Below are positions 33,701 through 48,700 of a DNA stretch of 55,572 nucleotides, piece by piece (the first letter of the stretch is position 1; each line of letters starts with the position of its first letter). The notes below the pieces were generated by a model, which did no database searches, was not told where the DNA came from, and saw only the letters and a list, made by a program, of their open reading frames with translations. The DNA is taken from the NCBI GenBank assembly GCA_038087875.1, contig JAXLNO010000276.1, forward strand, positions 1-55,572. The letters run 5' to 3'. The stretch is from Malacoraja senta (Eukaryota). The translations under genes and the position numbers were made by a program.

Positions 33701-36700
33701 AATGTGGCGCCCTTGCCGGGTTTGTGGCGACCTTGCCGGATTTATGGCGCCATTGCCGGGATTGTGGCGACCTTGCCGGATTTGAGGCAACCTTCCGGAT
33801 TTATGGCGACCATGCCGGAAATATGGCGACCTTGCCGGATTTGTGGCGACCTTGCCGGAATTATGGCGATCTTCCCGGAAATATGGCGACCTTGCCGTAT
33901 CTGTGGCGACCTTGCCGGAAATATGGCGACCTTGCCGGATTTGTGGCGACCTTGCCGGATTTATGGCGACATTGCCGGGAATGTGGGGACCTTGCCGGAT
34001 TTGTGGCGACCTTGCCGGATTTATGGCGACCTTGCCGGGAATGTGGCGACGTTGCCGGATTTGTGCCGACCTTGCTGATTTATGGCGACCTTGCCGGAAA
34101 TGTGGCGACCTTGCCGGATTTGTGGCGACCTTGCCGGATTTATGGCGGCCTTGTCGAATATAGCGACCTTGCCGGATTTTTGGCGAACTTGCCGGATTTG
34201 TGGCGACCTTGCCGGAAATGTGATGACCTTGCCGGATTTGTGGCGACCTTGCCGGATTTATGGCGAGTTTCCCGGATTTAAGGTGACCTTGCTGGAAATA
34301 TGGCGACGTTGCCGGATTTGTGGCGACCTTGCCGGATTCATGGCGACCTTGCCGGAAATATGTAGACCTTGCCGCATTTGTGGCGACCTTGCAGGATTTA
34401 TTGCGACCTTGCCGGAAATATGTCGACCTTGCCGCATTTGTGGCGAACTTGACGGATTTATGGAGACCTTGCCGGAAATATGGCGACCTTGCCGGAAATG
34501 TGGCGACCTTGCCGGATTTGTGGCGACCTTGCAGGATTTATGGCGACCTTGCCGGAAATGTGGTGACCTTGCCGGGTTTGTGGCGACTTTGCCGGATTTA
34601 TGGCGCCCTTGCCGGTAAGTTGGCGACCTTGCCGGATTTGAGGCCACCTTGCCGGATTAAGGCGACCTCGCCAGATATATGGCGACCTAGCCGGGTTTGA
34701 GGCCACCTTCCGGATTTATAGCGACATTGCCGGAAATATGGCGACCTTCCCTGATTTGTGGCCACCTTGCCAGAATTATGGCGACCATGCCGGAAATATG
34801 CCGACCTTGCCGGAGTTATGGCGATCTTGCCGGAAATATGGCAACCTTGCCGTATCTGTGGTGACCTTGCCGGAAATATGGCGACTTTGCCGGATTAGTG
34901 GCGACCTTGCCGGATTTATGGCGACCTTGCCGGATATATGGCGACCTTGCCGGATTTGTGGCGACCTTGCGGGATTTATGCGACCTTGCCGGAAATATGG
35001 CGACCTTGTCTGATTTGTGGCGACCTTGCCAGATTTATTGCGACCTTGCCGGAAATGTGGCGTCCTTGCTGGATTTGTGGCGGCCTTACCGGATTTATGG
35101 CGACCTTGCCGGATTTGTGCCGACCTTGCCGATTTATGGCGACCTTGCCGGAAATGTGGCGACCTTGCCGGATTTGTGGCGACCTTGCCAGATTTATTGC
35201 GACCTTGCCGGAAATTTGGCGTCCTTGCCGGAAATGTGGCGACCTTGCCGGATTTGTGGCGACCTTGCCGGATTTATGGCGACCTTGCCGGGGATGTGGC
35301 GAATATTGCCGGATTTGTGGCGACCTTGCTGGATTTATGGCGACCTTGCCGGAAATACGGCGACCTAGCCGGATTTGTGGCGACCTTGCGGGATTTATGG
35401 CGACCATGCCGGAAATATGGCGACCTTGCCGGATTTGTGGCGACCTTGCCGGAATTATGGCGATCTTGCCGGAATTATGGTGACCTTGCCGTATCTGAGG
35501 CGACCTTGCCGGAAATATGGCGACCTTGCCGGATTTGTGGCGACCTTGCCGGATTTATGGCGACATTGCCGGGAATGTGGGGACCTTGCCGGATTTGTGG
35601 CGACCTTGCCGGATTTATGGCGACCTTGCCGGGAATGTGGCGACCTTGCCGGATTTGTGCCGACCTTGCTGATTTATGGCGACCTTGCCGGAAATGTGGC
35701 GACCTTGCCGGATTTGTGGCGACCTTGCCGGATTTATGGCGGCCTTGTCGGATATAGCGACCTTGCCGGATTTGTGGCGACCTTGCCTGAAATGTGATGA
35801 CCTTGCCGGATTTGTGGCGTCCTTGCCGGATTTATGGCGAGTTTGCCGGATTTATGGTGACCTTGCTGGAAATATGGCGACGTTGCCGGATATGTGGCGA
35901 CCTTGCCGGATTCATGGCGACCTTGCAGGAAATATGTCGACCTTGCCGCATTTGTGGCGAACTTGACGGATTTATGGAGACATTGCCGGAAATATGGCGA
36001 CCTTGCCGGAAATGTGGCGACCTTGCCGGATTTGTGGCGACCTTGCAGGATTTATGGCGACCTTGCCGGAAATGTGGCGACCTTGCCGGGTTTGTGGCGA
36101 CTTTGCCGGATTTATGGCGCCCTTGCCGGGAATGTGGCGACCTTGCCGGATTTGAGGCCACCTTGCCGGATTAAGGCGACCTCGCCAGATATATGGCGAC
36201 CTAGCCGGATTTGAGGCCACCTTCCGGATTTATAGCGACATTGCCGGAAATATGGCGACCTGATTTGTGGCCACCTTCCCAGAATTATGGCGACCATGCC
36301 GGAAATATGGCGACCTTGCCGGAGTTATGGCGATCTTGCCGGAAATATGGCAACCTTGCCGTATCTGTGGTGACCTTGCCGGAAATATGGCGACTTTGCC
36401 GGATTAGTGGCGACCTTGCCGGATTTATGGCGACCTTGCCGGATATATGGCGACCTTGCCGGATTTGTGGCGACCTTGCGGGATTTATGGCGACCTTGCC
36501 GGAAATATGGCGACCTTGTCTGATTTGTGGCGACCTTGCCTGATTTATTGCGACCTTGCCGGAAATGTGGCGTCCTTGCTGGATTTGTGGCGGCCTTGCC
36601 GGATTTATGGCGACCTTGCCGGATTTGTGCCGACCTTGCCGATTTATGGCGACCTTGCCGGAAATGTGGCGAACTTGCCGGATTTGTGGCGACCTTGCCG

Positions 36701-38606
36701 GGTTTATGGCGGCCTTTCCGGGAATGTGGCGACCTTGCCGGATCTATGTCGACCTTCCCGGAATAATGGCGACCTTGCCGGAAATGTTGTGACCTTGCCG
36801 GGTTTGTGGCGACGTTGCCGGAATAATGGCGACCTTGCCGGAAATGTGGCGACCTTGCCGGATTTGTGGCGACCTTGCCAGATTTATTGCGACCTTGCCG
36901 GAAATTTGGCGTCCTTGCCGGAAATGTGGCGACCTTGCCGGATTTGTGGCGACCTTGCCGGATTTATGGCGACCTTGCCGGGGATGTGGCGAATATTGCC
37001 GGATTTGTGGCGACCTTGCTGGATTTATGGCGACCTTGCCGGAAATACGGCGACCTAGCCGGATTTGTGGCGACCTTGCGGGATTTATGGCGACCATGCC
37101 GGAAATATGGCGACCTTGCCGGATTTGTGGCGACCTTGCCGGATTTATGGCGATCTTGCCGGAATTATGGCGACCTTGCCGTATCTGAGGCGACCTTGCC
37201 GGAAATATGGCGACCTTGCCGGATTTGTGGCGACGTTGCCGGATTTATGGCGACCTAGCCTGAAATATGGCGACCTGGCCGGATTTGTGGCGACCTTGCG
37301 GGATTTATGGCGACCTTGCCGGAAATGTGGCGACCTTGCCGGATTTGTGGCGACCTTGCCGGATTTATGGCGACCTTGCCGGGAATGTGGCGACCTTGCC
37401 GGATTTGTGCCGACCTTGCTGATTTATGGCGACCTTGCCGTAAATGTGGCGACCTTGCCGGATTTGTGGCGACCTTGTCGGATTTATGGCGGCCATGTCG
37501 GAAATATAGCGACCTTGCCGTATTTTTGGCGACCTTGTCGGATTTGTGGCGACCTTGCCGGAAATGTGGTGACCTTGCCGGATTTGTGCCGACCTTGACG
37601 GATTTATGGCGACTTTGCCGGGTTTATGGCGACCTTGCTGGAAATATGGCGACGTAGCCGCATTTGTGGCGACCTTGCCGGATTCATGGCGACCTTGCCG
37701 GAAATATGTCGAACTTGCCGCATTTGTGGCGACCTTGCAGGATTTATTGCGACCTTGCCGGAAATATGTCGACCTTGCCGCATTTGTGGCGAACTTGACG
37801 GATTTATGGAGACCTTGCCGGAAATATGGCGACCTTGCCGGAAATGTGGAGACCTTGTCGGATTTGTGGCGACCTTACAGGATTTATGGCGACCTTGCCG
37901 GAAATGTGGCGACCTTGCCGGGTTTGTGGCGACTTAGCCGGATTTATGGCGCCATTGCCGGAATGTGGCGACCTTGCCGGATTTGAGGCCACCTTGCCGG
38001 AATAAGGCGACCTCGCCAGAAATATGGCGACCTAGCCGGATTTGAGACCAACTTCCGGATTTATGGCGACATTGCCGGAAATATGGCGACCATCCCTGAT
38101 TTGTGGCCACCTTGCCGGAATTATGGCGACCATGCCGGAAATATGGCGACTTGCCGGATTTGTGGCGACCTTGCCGGAATTATGGCGATCTTGCCGGAAA
38201 TATGGCGACCTTGCCGTATCTGTGGCGACCTTGCCGGAAATATGGCGACCTTGACGGAAATGTGGCGTCCTTGCCGGTTATGTGGCGGCCTTGGCCGGAT
38301 TTATGGCGACCTAGACGGATTTGCGCCGACCTTGCCGATTTATGGCGACCTTGCCAAAAATGTGGCGACCTTGCCGGATTTGTAGCGACCTTGCCGGATT
38401 TATGGCGGCCTTGTCGGGAATGTGGCGACTTTGCCGGGTTTGTGGCGACCTTGCCGGATTAATGGCGACCTTGCCGGAAATGTGGCGACCTTGCCGGATT
38501 TGTGGCGACCTTGCCAGATTTATTGCGACCTTGCCGATAATGTGGCGTCCTTGCCGGAAATGTGGCGACCGTGCTGGAAATATGGCGACCTTGCCGGATT
38601 TGTGGC
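27766..38606. repeat. 20-bp satellite array segment
   Basis: Tandem monomers with local duplications, e.g. offset 598 around 32300/32900 and ~1.5-1.7 kb around 34300-37200. Confidence 0.99.
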
Positions 38607-39760
38607 AAGGCAAGGCAAGGCAAGGCAGATTTATTTGTATAGCACCATTCGTGCAAACAGCAATTCAAGGTGCTTTACAGGAAAGAAAAAATAAAATAGT
38701 CAATAAATTAAAATTGGAAAATAAGCAATACGACAAATGTATGAATAATAAAACAACGTCAATGAAGCAATAAAACAAGTTTAAAAAGCATATAAAATGG
38801 TTAAAATTAGACAGTTAACGTTACCTGCATGTCAGGTTATGGAAAAGCTATAGTAAACAACAGTGTTTTATGGCCTGATTTAAATGCGCTTACAGTCTGT
38901 GCCCACCTCAGGTGTTCAGGGAGCTTGTTCCACAGGTGTGGAGCATAAAAACCGAATGCTGCTTCAGCCTTTTTAGTTCTGACCCTGGGAACACAGAGTT
39001 AACCTGTTCCTGAAGACCTGAGGAGTCTAGGCGCCTCATATACAACAAGTAGGTCAGAGATGTATTTTGGACCTAGACCATTCAGTGCCTTGTAGGTCAG
39101 TAACATAATTTTAAAATCTATCCTCTTACACACAGGGAGCCAGTGCAAAGATTTAAGGACAGGTGCAATGTGGTCCATTTTCTTGGTGTTGGTCAGGACT
39201 GGCAACGGCATTTTGGATCAGCTGCAGTTGTTTAATTGATTTTTTATTGAGACCTGTAAAGATGCCATTACAATAATCTAACCTACTAAAAATATATGCA
39301 TGAACAAGGTTTTCAGTGTCTTATTTGGACAGAAATCCCTTGATTCTTGCAATTTTTTTTAGATGCTAATAGGCAGATCCGGTAATGTCTTTATATGGCT
39401 GTTAAAATTCAAATCCGAGTCCATAACTACACCAAGGGTTCTGGCTTTGTCTGTGGTTTTCAGTGCAATTGAGTCGAGTTGAGCACTCACCACTAGCCTT
39501 GTTTTTTTGGGACCAAAGACAATAATTTCTGTCTTATTTGCATTCAGCTGGAGGAAGTTCTGGTTCATCCACTCATTGATATGTTTGACACATTGGCTCA
39601 GTGCGTGTAGGGGACTATGGTCATGTGGTGACACTGCGATATATAGTTGAGTGCCATCGGCATAAGTGTGGTAAGATATGTTAAAATGCTCTATGATCTG
39701 ACCTTGGGGGGAGCATATAAATGTTGAACAAAATGGTTCCAAGAATGGAGCCCTGAGCCC
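38607..39760 (-). mobile_element. 5'-truncated L2-clade LINE, copy 2
   Basis: Same (GGCAA)4 tail junction and same GAGCCCTGAGCCCTGTGGCG 5' junction as copy 1, with scattered substitutions. Confidence 0.95.
38837..39760 (-). pseudogene. Disrupted L2 ORF2 RT remnant (YADD mutated to YADG)
   Basis: ORF fragments 39359..39742 and 38999..39211. The catalytic motif reads YADGTQLY. Confidence 0.88.
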
Positions 39761-42700
39761 TGTGGCGCCCTTGTCGTACTTATGGCGATCGTGCCGGAAG
39801 TATGGCGACCTCGCCGGATTTATGGCGACCTTGCCGGAAATATGGCGACCGTGACGGGAATATGGCGATCTTGTCGGATTTGTGGCGAACTTGCCGGATT
39901 TATGGCGACCTTGCCGGAAATATGGCGACCTTGTCGGATTTGTGGTGACGTTGCCAGATTTATTGCGACCTTGCCAGAAATGTGGCGACCTTGCCGGATT
40001 TGTGGCGGCCTTACCGGATTTATGGCGACCTTGCCGGAAATAGGCGACTCTGCCGGATTTGTGGCGACTTTGCCGGATTTATGGCGACCGTGCCGGATTT
40101 GTGGCGACCTTGCCGGATTTGTGGCGACCTTGCCGGATTTATGGCGGCCTTGCCGAATTTATGGCGACCTTGCCGGAAATATGTCGACCTTGCCGCATTT
40201 GTGGCGACCTTGCCGGATTTATGGCGACTTTGCCGGAAATATGGCGACCTTGCCGCATTTGTGGCGACATTGCCGGATTTATGGCGACCTTGCCGGAAAT
40301 ATGGCGACTTTGCCGGGAATGTGGCGACCTTGCCGGATTTGTGCCGACCTTGCCGGATTTATGGCGACCTTGCCGGAAATATGGCGACCTTGCCGGATTT
40401 GTGGCGACCTTGCCGGATTAATGGCGTCCTTGCCGGAAATGTGGCGACCTTGCCGGATTTCTGGCGACCTTGTCGGATTTGTGACGACCCTACCGGATTT
40501 ATTGCGACGTTGCCGGAAATGCGGCGACCTTGCTGGAAATGTGGCGACCTTGACGGATTTGTGGCGAACTTGCCGGATTTATGGCGACCTTGCCGGGATG
40601 TGGCGACCTTGCCGTATTTGTGGCGACGTTGCCGGATTTATGGCGACCTTGTGGGATTTGTGGCGACCTTGCCGGATTTATGGCGACCTTTCCGGCAATG
40701 TGGCGACCTTGCCGGACTTGTGGCGACCTTACCGGATTCATGGCGACCTTGCCGGAAATGTGGCTACCTTGCCGGATTTGTGGCGACGATTCCGGATTTA
40801 TGGCGACCTTGCCGGAATTTTGCGACGTTGCTGGATGTGTGGCGAGCTTGCCGGATCTATGGCCACCTTGCCGGAAATGTGCCGACCTTGCAGGCTTTGA
40901 TGCGAACTTGCCGAATTTATGGCTACCTTGATTGAAATGTGGCGACCTTGCCGGATTTGTCGCCACCTTGCCGGATTTATGGCGACCTTGCCGGATTTGT
41001 GGCGACCTTGCCGGAAATATGGCGACCTTGCCGGATATGTGGCGACCTTGCGGGATTTATGGCGACCTTGCCGGAAATATGTCGACCTTGTCTGATTTGT
41101 GGCGACCTTGGCAGATTTGTTGCGACCTTGCCGGAAATGTGGCGACCTTGCCGGATTTGTGGCGGCCGTGCCGGATTTATAGCGACCTTGCCGGAAATAG
41201 GCGACTCTGCCGGATTTGTGGCGACCTTGCCGTATTTATGGCGACCTTGCCGGATTTGTGGCGACCTTGCCGGATATATGGCGACCTTGCCGGATTTATG
41301 GCGACCTTGCCGGGAATATGGCGACCTTGCCGCATTTGTGGCGACCTTGCTGGATTTATGGCGACCTTGCCGGAAATATGCCGAGCTTGCCGCCTTTGTG
41401 CCGACTTTGCCTGATTTATGGCGACCTTGCCAGAAATATGTCGACCTTGCCGCATTTGTGGCTACCTTGCCAGATTTGTTGCGACCTTGCCGGAAATGTG
41501 GCGACCTTGCCGGATTTGTGGCGGCCGTGCCGGATTTATAGCGACCTTGTCGGAAATAGGCGACTCTGCCGGATTTGTGGCGACCTTGCCGTATTTATGG
41601 CGACCTTGCCGGATTTGTGGCGACCTTGCCGGATATATGGCGACCTTGCCGGATTTATGGCGACCTTGCCGGGAATATAGCGACCTTGCCGCATTTGTGG
41701 CGACCTTGCTGGATTTATGGCGACCTTGCCGGAAATATGCCGAGCTTGCCGCCTTTGTGCCGACTTTGCCTGATTTATGGCGACCTTGCCGGAAATATGT
41801 CGACCTTGCCGCATTTGTGGCTACCTTGCCAGATTAATGGCGCCCTTGCCGGAAATATTGCGACTTGCCGTAAATGTGGCGACCTTGCCGGATTTGTGGC
41901 GACCTTGCCGGATTTATGGCGACCTTGGCGGGAATGTGGCGACCTTGCCGGATTTGTGGCGACCTTGCCTGAAATGTGGCGACCTTGACGGATTTGTGGC
42001 GACCTTGTCGGATTTATGGCGACCTTGCCGGGCATGTGGCGACCATCCCGGATTTGTGGCGACCTTGTCAGATTTCTGGCGACCTTGCCGTAATTGTGGC
42101 GACCTTTCCGTATTTGTGGCGACCTTACCGGATTAAGGCGACCTTGCCGCAAATGTGGCGACCTTGCCGGATTTGTGGCGACCTTGCCTGATTTATGGCG
42201 ACCTTGCGGGATTTGTGGCTACCTTACCGGATTTATGGCGACCGTGCCGGATTTATGGCGACCTTGCCTGGGATGTGGCGACCTTGCCGTATTTGTGGCG
42301 ACCTTGCCGGATTTATGGCGACCTTGTGGGATTTGTGGCGACCTTGCCGGATTTATGGCGACCTTTCCGGCAATGTGGCGACCTTGCCGGACTTGTGGCG
42401 ACCTTGCCGGATTCATGGCGACCTTGCCGGAAATGTGGTGACCTTGCTAGATTTGTGGCGATGATGCCGGATTTATAGCGAACTTACCCGAATGTTGCGA
42501 CCTTGCCGGATATGTGGCGACCTTGCCGGATCGATGGCGAACTTCCAGGAAATGTGTCGACCTTGCCGGATTTGACGCGACCTTGCCGAATTTATGGCTA
42601 CCTTGATTGAAATGTGGCGACCTTGCCGGATTTGACGCCACCTTGCCTGATTTGTGGCGACCTTGCCGGATTGATGGTGACCTTGCCGGAAATATGGCGA

Positions 42701-45700
42701 CCTTGCCGGATTTGTGGCGACCTTGCCGGATTCATGGCGGCCTTGCCGGAAATATGGCTACCTTGCCGGATTTGTGGCGACCTTGTCGGATTCATGGCGA
42801 CCTTGCCGGAAATATGGCGACCTTGCCGGATTTGTGGCGACCTTGCGGGATTTATGGCGACCTTGCCGGAAATATGGCGACCTTGTCGGATTTGTGGCGA
42901 CTTTGCCAGATTTGTTGCGACCTTGCCGGAAATGTGGTGACCTTGCCGGATTTGTGGCGGCCGTGCCGGATTTATGGCGACCTTGCCGGAAATAGGCGGC
43001 TCTGCCGGATTTGTGGCGACCTTCCCTGATTTGTGGCCACCATGCCGGATTTATGGCGACCTTGCCTGAAATATGGCGACCTTGCCGGATTTGTGGCGAC
43101 CTTGCCGGAAATATGGCGACCTTGCCGGATTTGTGGCGACCTTGCCGGATTTATGGCGACCTTGCCGGAATTTTGCGACCTTGCTGGATGTGTGGCGACC
43201 TTACCGGATCTATGGCGACCTTGCCGGCTTTGACGCGACCTTGCCGAATTTATGGCTACCTTGATTGAAATGTGGCGACCTTGCCAGATTTGTGGCGACC
43301 TTGCCGGATTTATGGCGACCTTGCCGGATTTATGGCGACCTTGCCGGGGATGTGGCGACCTTGCCGTATTTGTGGCGACCTTGCCGGATTTATGCCGACC
43401 TTGTGGGATTTGTGGCGACCTTGCCTGATTTATGGCGACCTTTTCGGCAATGTGGCGACCTTGCCGGACTTATGCCGACCTTACCGGATTCATGGCGACC
43501 TTGCCGGAAATGTGGTGACTTTGCCGGATTTGTGGCGATGATGCCGGATTTATGGCGACCTTACCCGAATGTTGCGACCTTGCCGGATTTGTGGCGACCT
43601 TGCCGGAAATATGGCTACCTTACCGGATTTGTGGCGACCTTGCCGGAATCATGGCGACCTTGCCGGAAATATGGCGACCTTGCCGGATTTGTGGCGACCT
43701 TGCGGGATTTATGGCGACCTTGCCGGAAATATGACGACCTTGTCGGATTTGTGGCGACTTTGCCAGATCTGTTGCGACCTTGCCGGAAATGTGGCGACCT
43801 TGCCGCATTTGTGGCGGCCGTGCCGGATTTATGGCGACCTTGCCGGAAATAGGCGACTCTGCCGGATTTGTGGCGACCTTGCCGGATTTATGGCGACCTT
43901 GCCGGAAATATGGCGACCTTGCCGTATTTGTGGCGACCTTGCGGGGTTTATTGCGACCATGCCGCAAATATGGCGAACTTGCCAGTTTTGTGGCGACCTT
44001 GCCGGATTTATGGCGACCGTGCCGGATATATGACGACCTTGCCGGATTTGTGGCGACCTTGCCGGATTTATGGCGATCGTGCCGGAAATATGGCGAACTT
44101 GCCAGATGTATGGCGACCTTGCCGGAAATATGGCGATCTTCCCTGATTTGTGGCCACCATGCCGGAATTATGGCGACCTTGCCGGAAATATGGCGACCTT
44201 GCCGAATTTGTGGCGACCTTGCCGGAAATATGGCGACCTTGCCGGATTTGTGGCGACCTTGCCGGATTTTTGGCGACATTGCCGAAAATATGGCTACCTT
44301 GCCGGATTTGTGGCGACCTTGCCGGATTCCTGCGACCTTCCCGGAAATATGGCGACGTTGCCAGATTTGTGGCGACCTTGCGGGATTTATGGCGACATTG
44401 CCGGAATATACGGCGACCTTGTCGGATTTGCGGCGACCTTGCCAGATTTGTTGCGACCTTGCCGGAAATCTGGCGACCTTGCCGGATTTGTGGCGACCTT
44501 GCCGGATTTATGGCGACCTTGTGGGATTTGTGGCGACCTTGCCGGATTTATGGCGACCTTGCCGGCAATGTGGCGACCTAGCCGGACTTGTGGTGACCTT
44601 GCCGGATTTGTGGCGAGGATGCCGGGCATGTGGCGACCATCCCGGATTTGTGGCGACCTTGTCAGATTTCTGGCGACCTTGCCGTAATTGTGGCGACCTT
44701 TCCGTATTTGTGGCGACCTTACCGGATTAAGGCGACCTTGCCGCAAATGTGGCGACCTTGCCGGATTTGTGGCGACCTTGCCTGATTTATGGCGACCTTG
44801 CGGGATTTGTGGCTACCTTACCGGATTTATGGCGACCGTGCCGGATTTATGGCGACCTTGCCTGGGATGTGGCGACCTTGCCGTATTTGTGGCGACCTTG
44901 CCGGATTTATGGCGACCTTGTGGGATTTGTGGCGACCTTGCCGGATTTATGGCGACCTTTCCGGCAATGTGGCGACCTTGCCGGACTTGTGGCGACCTTG
45001 CCGGATTCATGGCGACCTTGCCGGAAATGTGGTGACCTTGCTAGATTTGTGGCGATGATGCCGGATTTATAGCGACCTTACCCGAATGTTGCGACCTTGC
45101 CGGATATGTGGCGACCTTGCCGGATCGATGGCGAACTTCCAGGAAATGTGTCGACCTTGCCGGATTTGACGCGACCTTGCCGAATTTATGGCTACCTTGA
45201 TTGAAATGTGGCGACCTTGCCGGATTTGACGCCACCTTGCCTGATTTGTGGCGACCTTGCCGGATTGATGGTGACCTTGCCGGAAATATGGCGACCTTGC
45301 CGGATTTGTGGCGACCTTGCCGGATTCATGGCGGCCTTGCCGGAAATATGGCTACCTTGCCGGATTTGTGGCGACCTTGTCGGATTCATGGCGACCTTGC
45401 CGGAAATATGGCGACCTTGCCGGATTTGTGGCGACCTTGCGGGATTTATGGCGACCTTGCCGGAAATATGGCGACCTTGTCGGATTTGTGGCGACTTTGC
45501 CAGATTTGTTGCGACCTTGCCGGAAATGTGGTGACCTTGCCGGATTTGTGGCGGCCGTGCCGGATTTATGGCGACCTTGCCGGAAATAGGCGGCTCTGCC
45601 GGATTTGTGGCGACCTTCCCTGATTTGTGGCCACCATGCCGGATTTATGGCGACCTTGCCTGAAATATGGCGACCTTGCCGGATTTGTGGCGACCTTGCC

Positions 45701-48700
45701 GGAAATATGGCGACCTTGCCGGATTTGTGGCGACCTTGCCGGATTTATGGCGACCTTGCCGGAATTTTGCGACCTTGCTGGATGTGTGGCGACCTTACCG
45801 GATCTATGGCGACCTTGCCGGCTTTGACGCGACCTTGCCGAATTTATGGCTACCTTGATTGAAATGTGGCGACCTTGCCAGATTTGTGGCGACCTTGCCG
45901 GATTTATGGCGACCTTGCCGGATTTATGGCGACCTTGCCGGGGATGTGGCGACCTTGCCGTATTTGCGGCGACCTTGCCGGATTTATGCCGACCTTGTGG
46001 GATTTGTGGCGACCTTGCCTGATTTATGGCGACCTTTCCGGCAATGTGGCGACCTTGCCGGACTTATGCCGACCTTACCGGATTCATGGCGACCTTGCCG
46101 GAAATGTGGTGACTTTGCCGGATTTGTGGCGATGATGCCGGATTTATGGCGACCTTACCCGAATGTTGCGACCTTGCCGGATTTGTGGCGACCTTGCCGG
46201 AAATATGGCTACCTTGCCGGATTTGTGGCGACCTTGCCGGAATCATGGCGACCTTGCCGGAAATATGGCGACCTTGCCGGATTTGTGGCGACCTTGCGGG
46301 ATTTATGGCGACCTTGCCGGAAATATGACGACCTTGTCGGATTTGTGGCGACTTTGCCAGATTTGTTGCGACCTTGCCGGAAATGTGGCGACCTTGCCGC
46401 ATTTGTGGCGGCCGTGCCGGATTTATGGCGACCTTGCCGGAAATAGGCGACTCTGCCGGATTTGTGGCGACCTTGCCGGATTTATGGCGACCTTGCCGGA
46501 AATATGGCGACCTTGCCGTATTTGTGGCGACCTTGCGGGGTTTATTGCGACCATGCCGCAAATATGGCGAACTTGCCAGTTTTGTGGCGACCTTGCCGGA
46601 TTTATGGCGACCGTGCCGGATATATGACGACCTTGCCGGATTTGTGGCGACCTTGCCGGATTTATGGCGATCGTGCCGGAAATATGGCGAACTTGCCAGA
46701 TGTATGGCGACCTTGCCGGAAATATGGCGATCTTCCCTGATTTGTGGCCACCATGCCGGAATTATGGCGACCTTGCCGGAAATATGGCGACCTTGCCGAA
46801 TTTGTGGCGACCTTGCCGGAAATATGGCGACCTTGCCGGATTTGTGGCGACCTTGCCGGATTTTTGGCGACATTGCCGAAAATATGGCTACCTTGCCGGA
46901 TTTGTGGCGACCTTGCCGGATTCCTGCGACCTTCCCGGAAATATGGCGACGTTGCCAGATTTGTGGCGACCTTGCGGGATTTATGGCGACATTGCCGGAA
47001 TATACGGCGACCTTGTCGGATTTGCGGCGACCTTGCCAGATTTGTTGCGACCTTGCCGGAAATCTGGCGACCTTGCCGGATTTGTGGCGACCTTGCCGGA
47101 TTTATGGCGACCTTGTGGGATTTGTGGCGACCTTGCCGGATTTATGGCGACCTTGCCGGCAATGTGGCGACCTAGCCGGACTTGTGGTGACCTTGCCGGA
47201 TTTGTGGCGAGGATGCCGGATTTATGGCGACCTTGCCGGAATGTTGCGACCTTGCTGGATTTGTGGCGACCTTGCCGGATTCATGGCGACTTTGCCGGAA
47301 ATGTGGTGACCTTGCTAGATTTGTGGCGACGATGCCGGATTTATGGCGACCTTACCCGAATGTTGCTACCTTGCCGGATATGTGGCGACCTTGCCGGATC
47401 GACGGCGAACTTCCCGGAAATGTGGCGACCTTGCCGGATTCATGGCGACCTTGCCGGAAATATGGCGACCTTGCCGGATTTGTGGCGACCTTGCGGAATT
47501 TATGGCGACCTTGCCGGAAATATGGCGACCTTGTCGGATTTGTGGCGACTTTGCCAGATTTGTTGCGACCTTGCCGGAAATGTGGCGACCTTGCCGGATT
47601 TGTGGCGGCCGTGCCGGATTTATGGCGACCTTGCCGGAAATAGGCGACTCTGCCGGATTTGTGGCGACCTTGCCAGATGTATGGCGACCTTGCCGGATTT
47701 ATGGCGACATTGCCGGAAATATGGCGACCTTGCCGGATTTGTGGCGACCTTGCGGGGTTTATTGCGACATTGCCGGTAATATGGCGACCTTGCCGGTTTT
47801 GTGGCGACCTTGCCGGATTTATGGCGAGCGTGCCGGAAATATGGCGAACTTGCCGGATGTATGGTGACCTTGCCGGAAATATGGCGACCTTCCCTGATTT
47901 GTGGCCACCATGCCGGATTTATGGCGACCTTGCCGGAAATATGGCGACCTTGCCGGATTTGTGGCGACCTTGCCGGAAATATGGCGACCTTGCCGGATTT
48001 GCGGCGACCTTGCCGGATTTATGGCTACCTTGCCGGTAATGTGCCGACCTTGCCGGCTTTGACGCGACCTTGCCGAATTTATGGCTACCTTGATTGAAAT
48101 GTGGCGACTTTGCCGGATTTGTCGCCACCTTGCCGGATTTATGGCGACCTTGCCGGATTTGTGGCGACCTTGGCGCAAATGTGGCGACCTTGCCGGATTT
48201 GTGGCGACCTTGCCGGATTTATGGCGACCTTGCCGGATTTAGGGCGACCTTGCCGGGGATGTGGCGACCTTGCCGTATTTGTGGCGACCTTGCCGGATTT
48301 ATGCCGACCTTGTGGGATTTGTGGCGACCTTGTCGGATTTATGGCGACCTTTCCGGCAATGTGGCGACCTTGCCGGACTTGTGCCGACCTTACCGGATTC
48401 ATGGCGACCTTGCCGGAAATGTGGTGACCTTGCCGGATTTGTGGCGACCTTGCGGGGTTTATTGCGACCATGCCGCAAATATGGCGAACTTGCCGGTTTT
48501 GTGGCGACCTTGCCGGATTTATGGCGACCGTGCCGGAAATATGACGACCTTGCCGGATTTGTGGCGACCTTGCCAGATTTATGGCGATCGTGCCGGAAAT
48601 ATGGCGAACTTGTCAGATGTACGGCGACCTTGCCGGAAATATGGCGATCTTCCATGATTTGTGGCCACCATGCCGGAATTATGGCGACCTTGCCGGAAAT

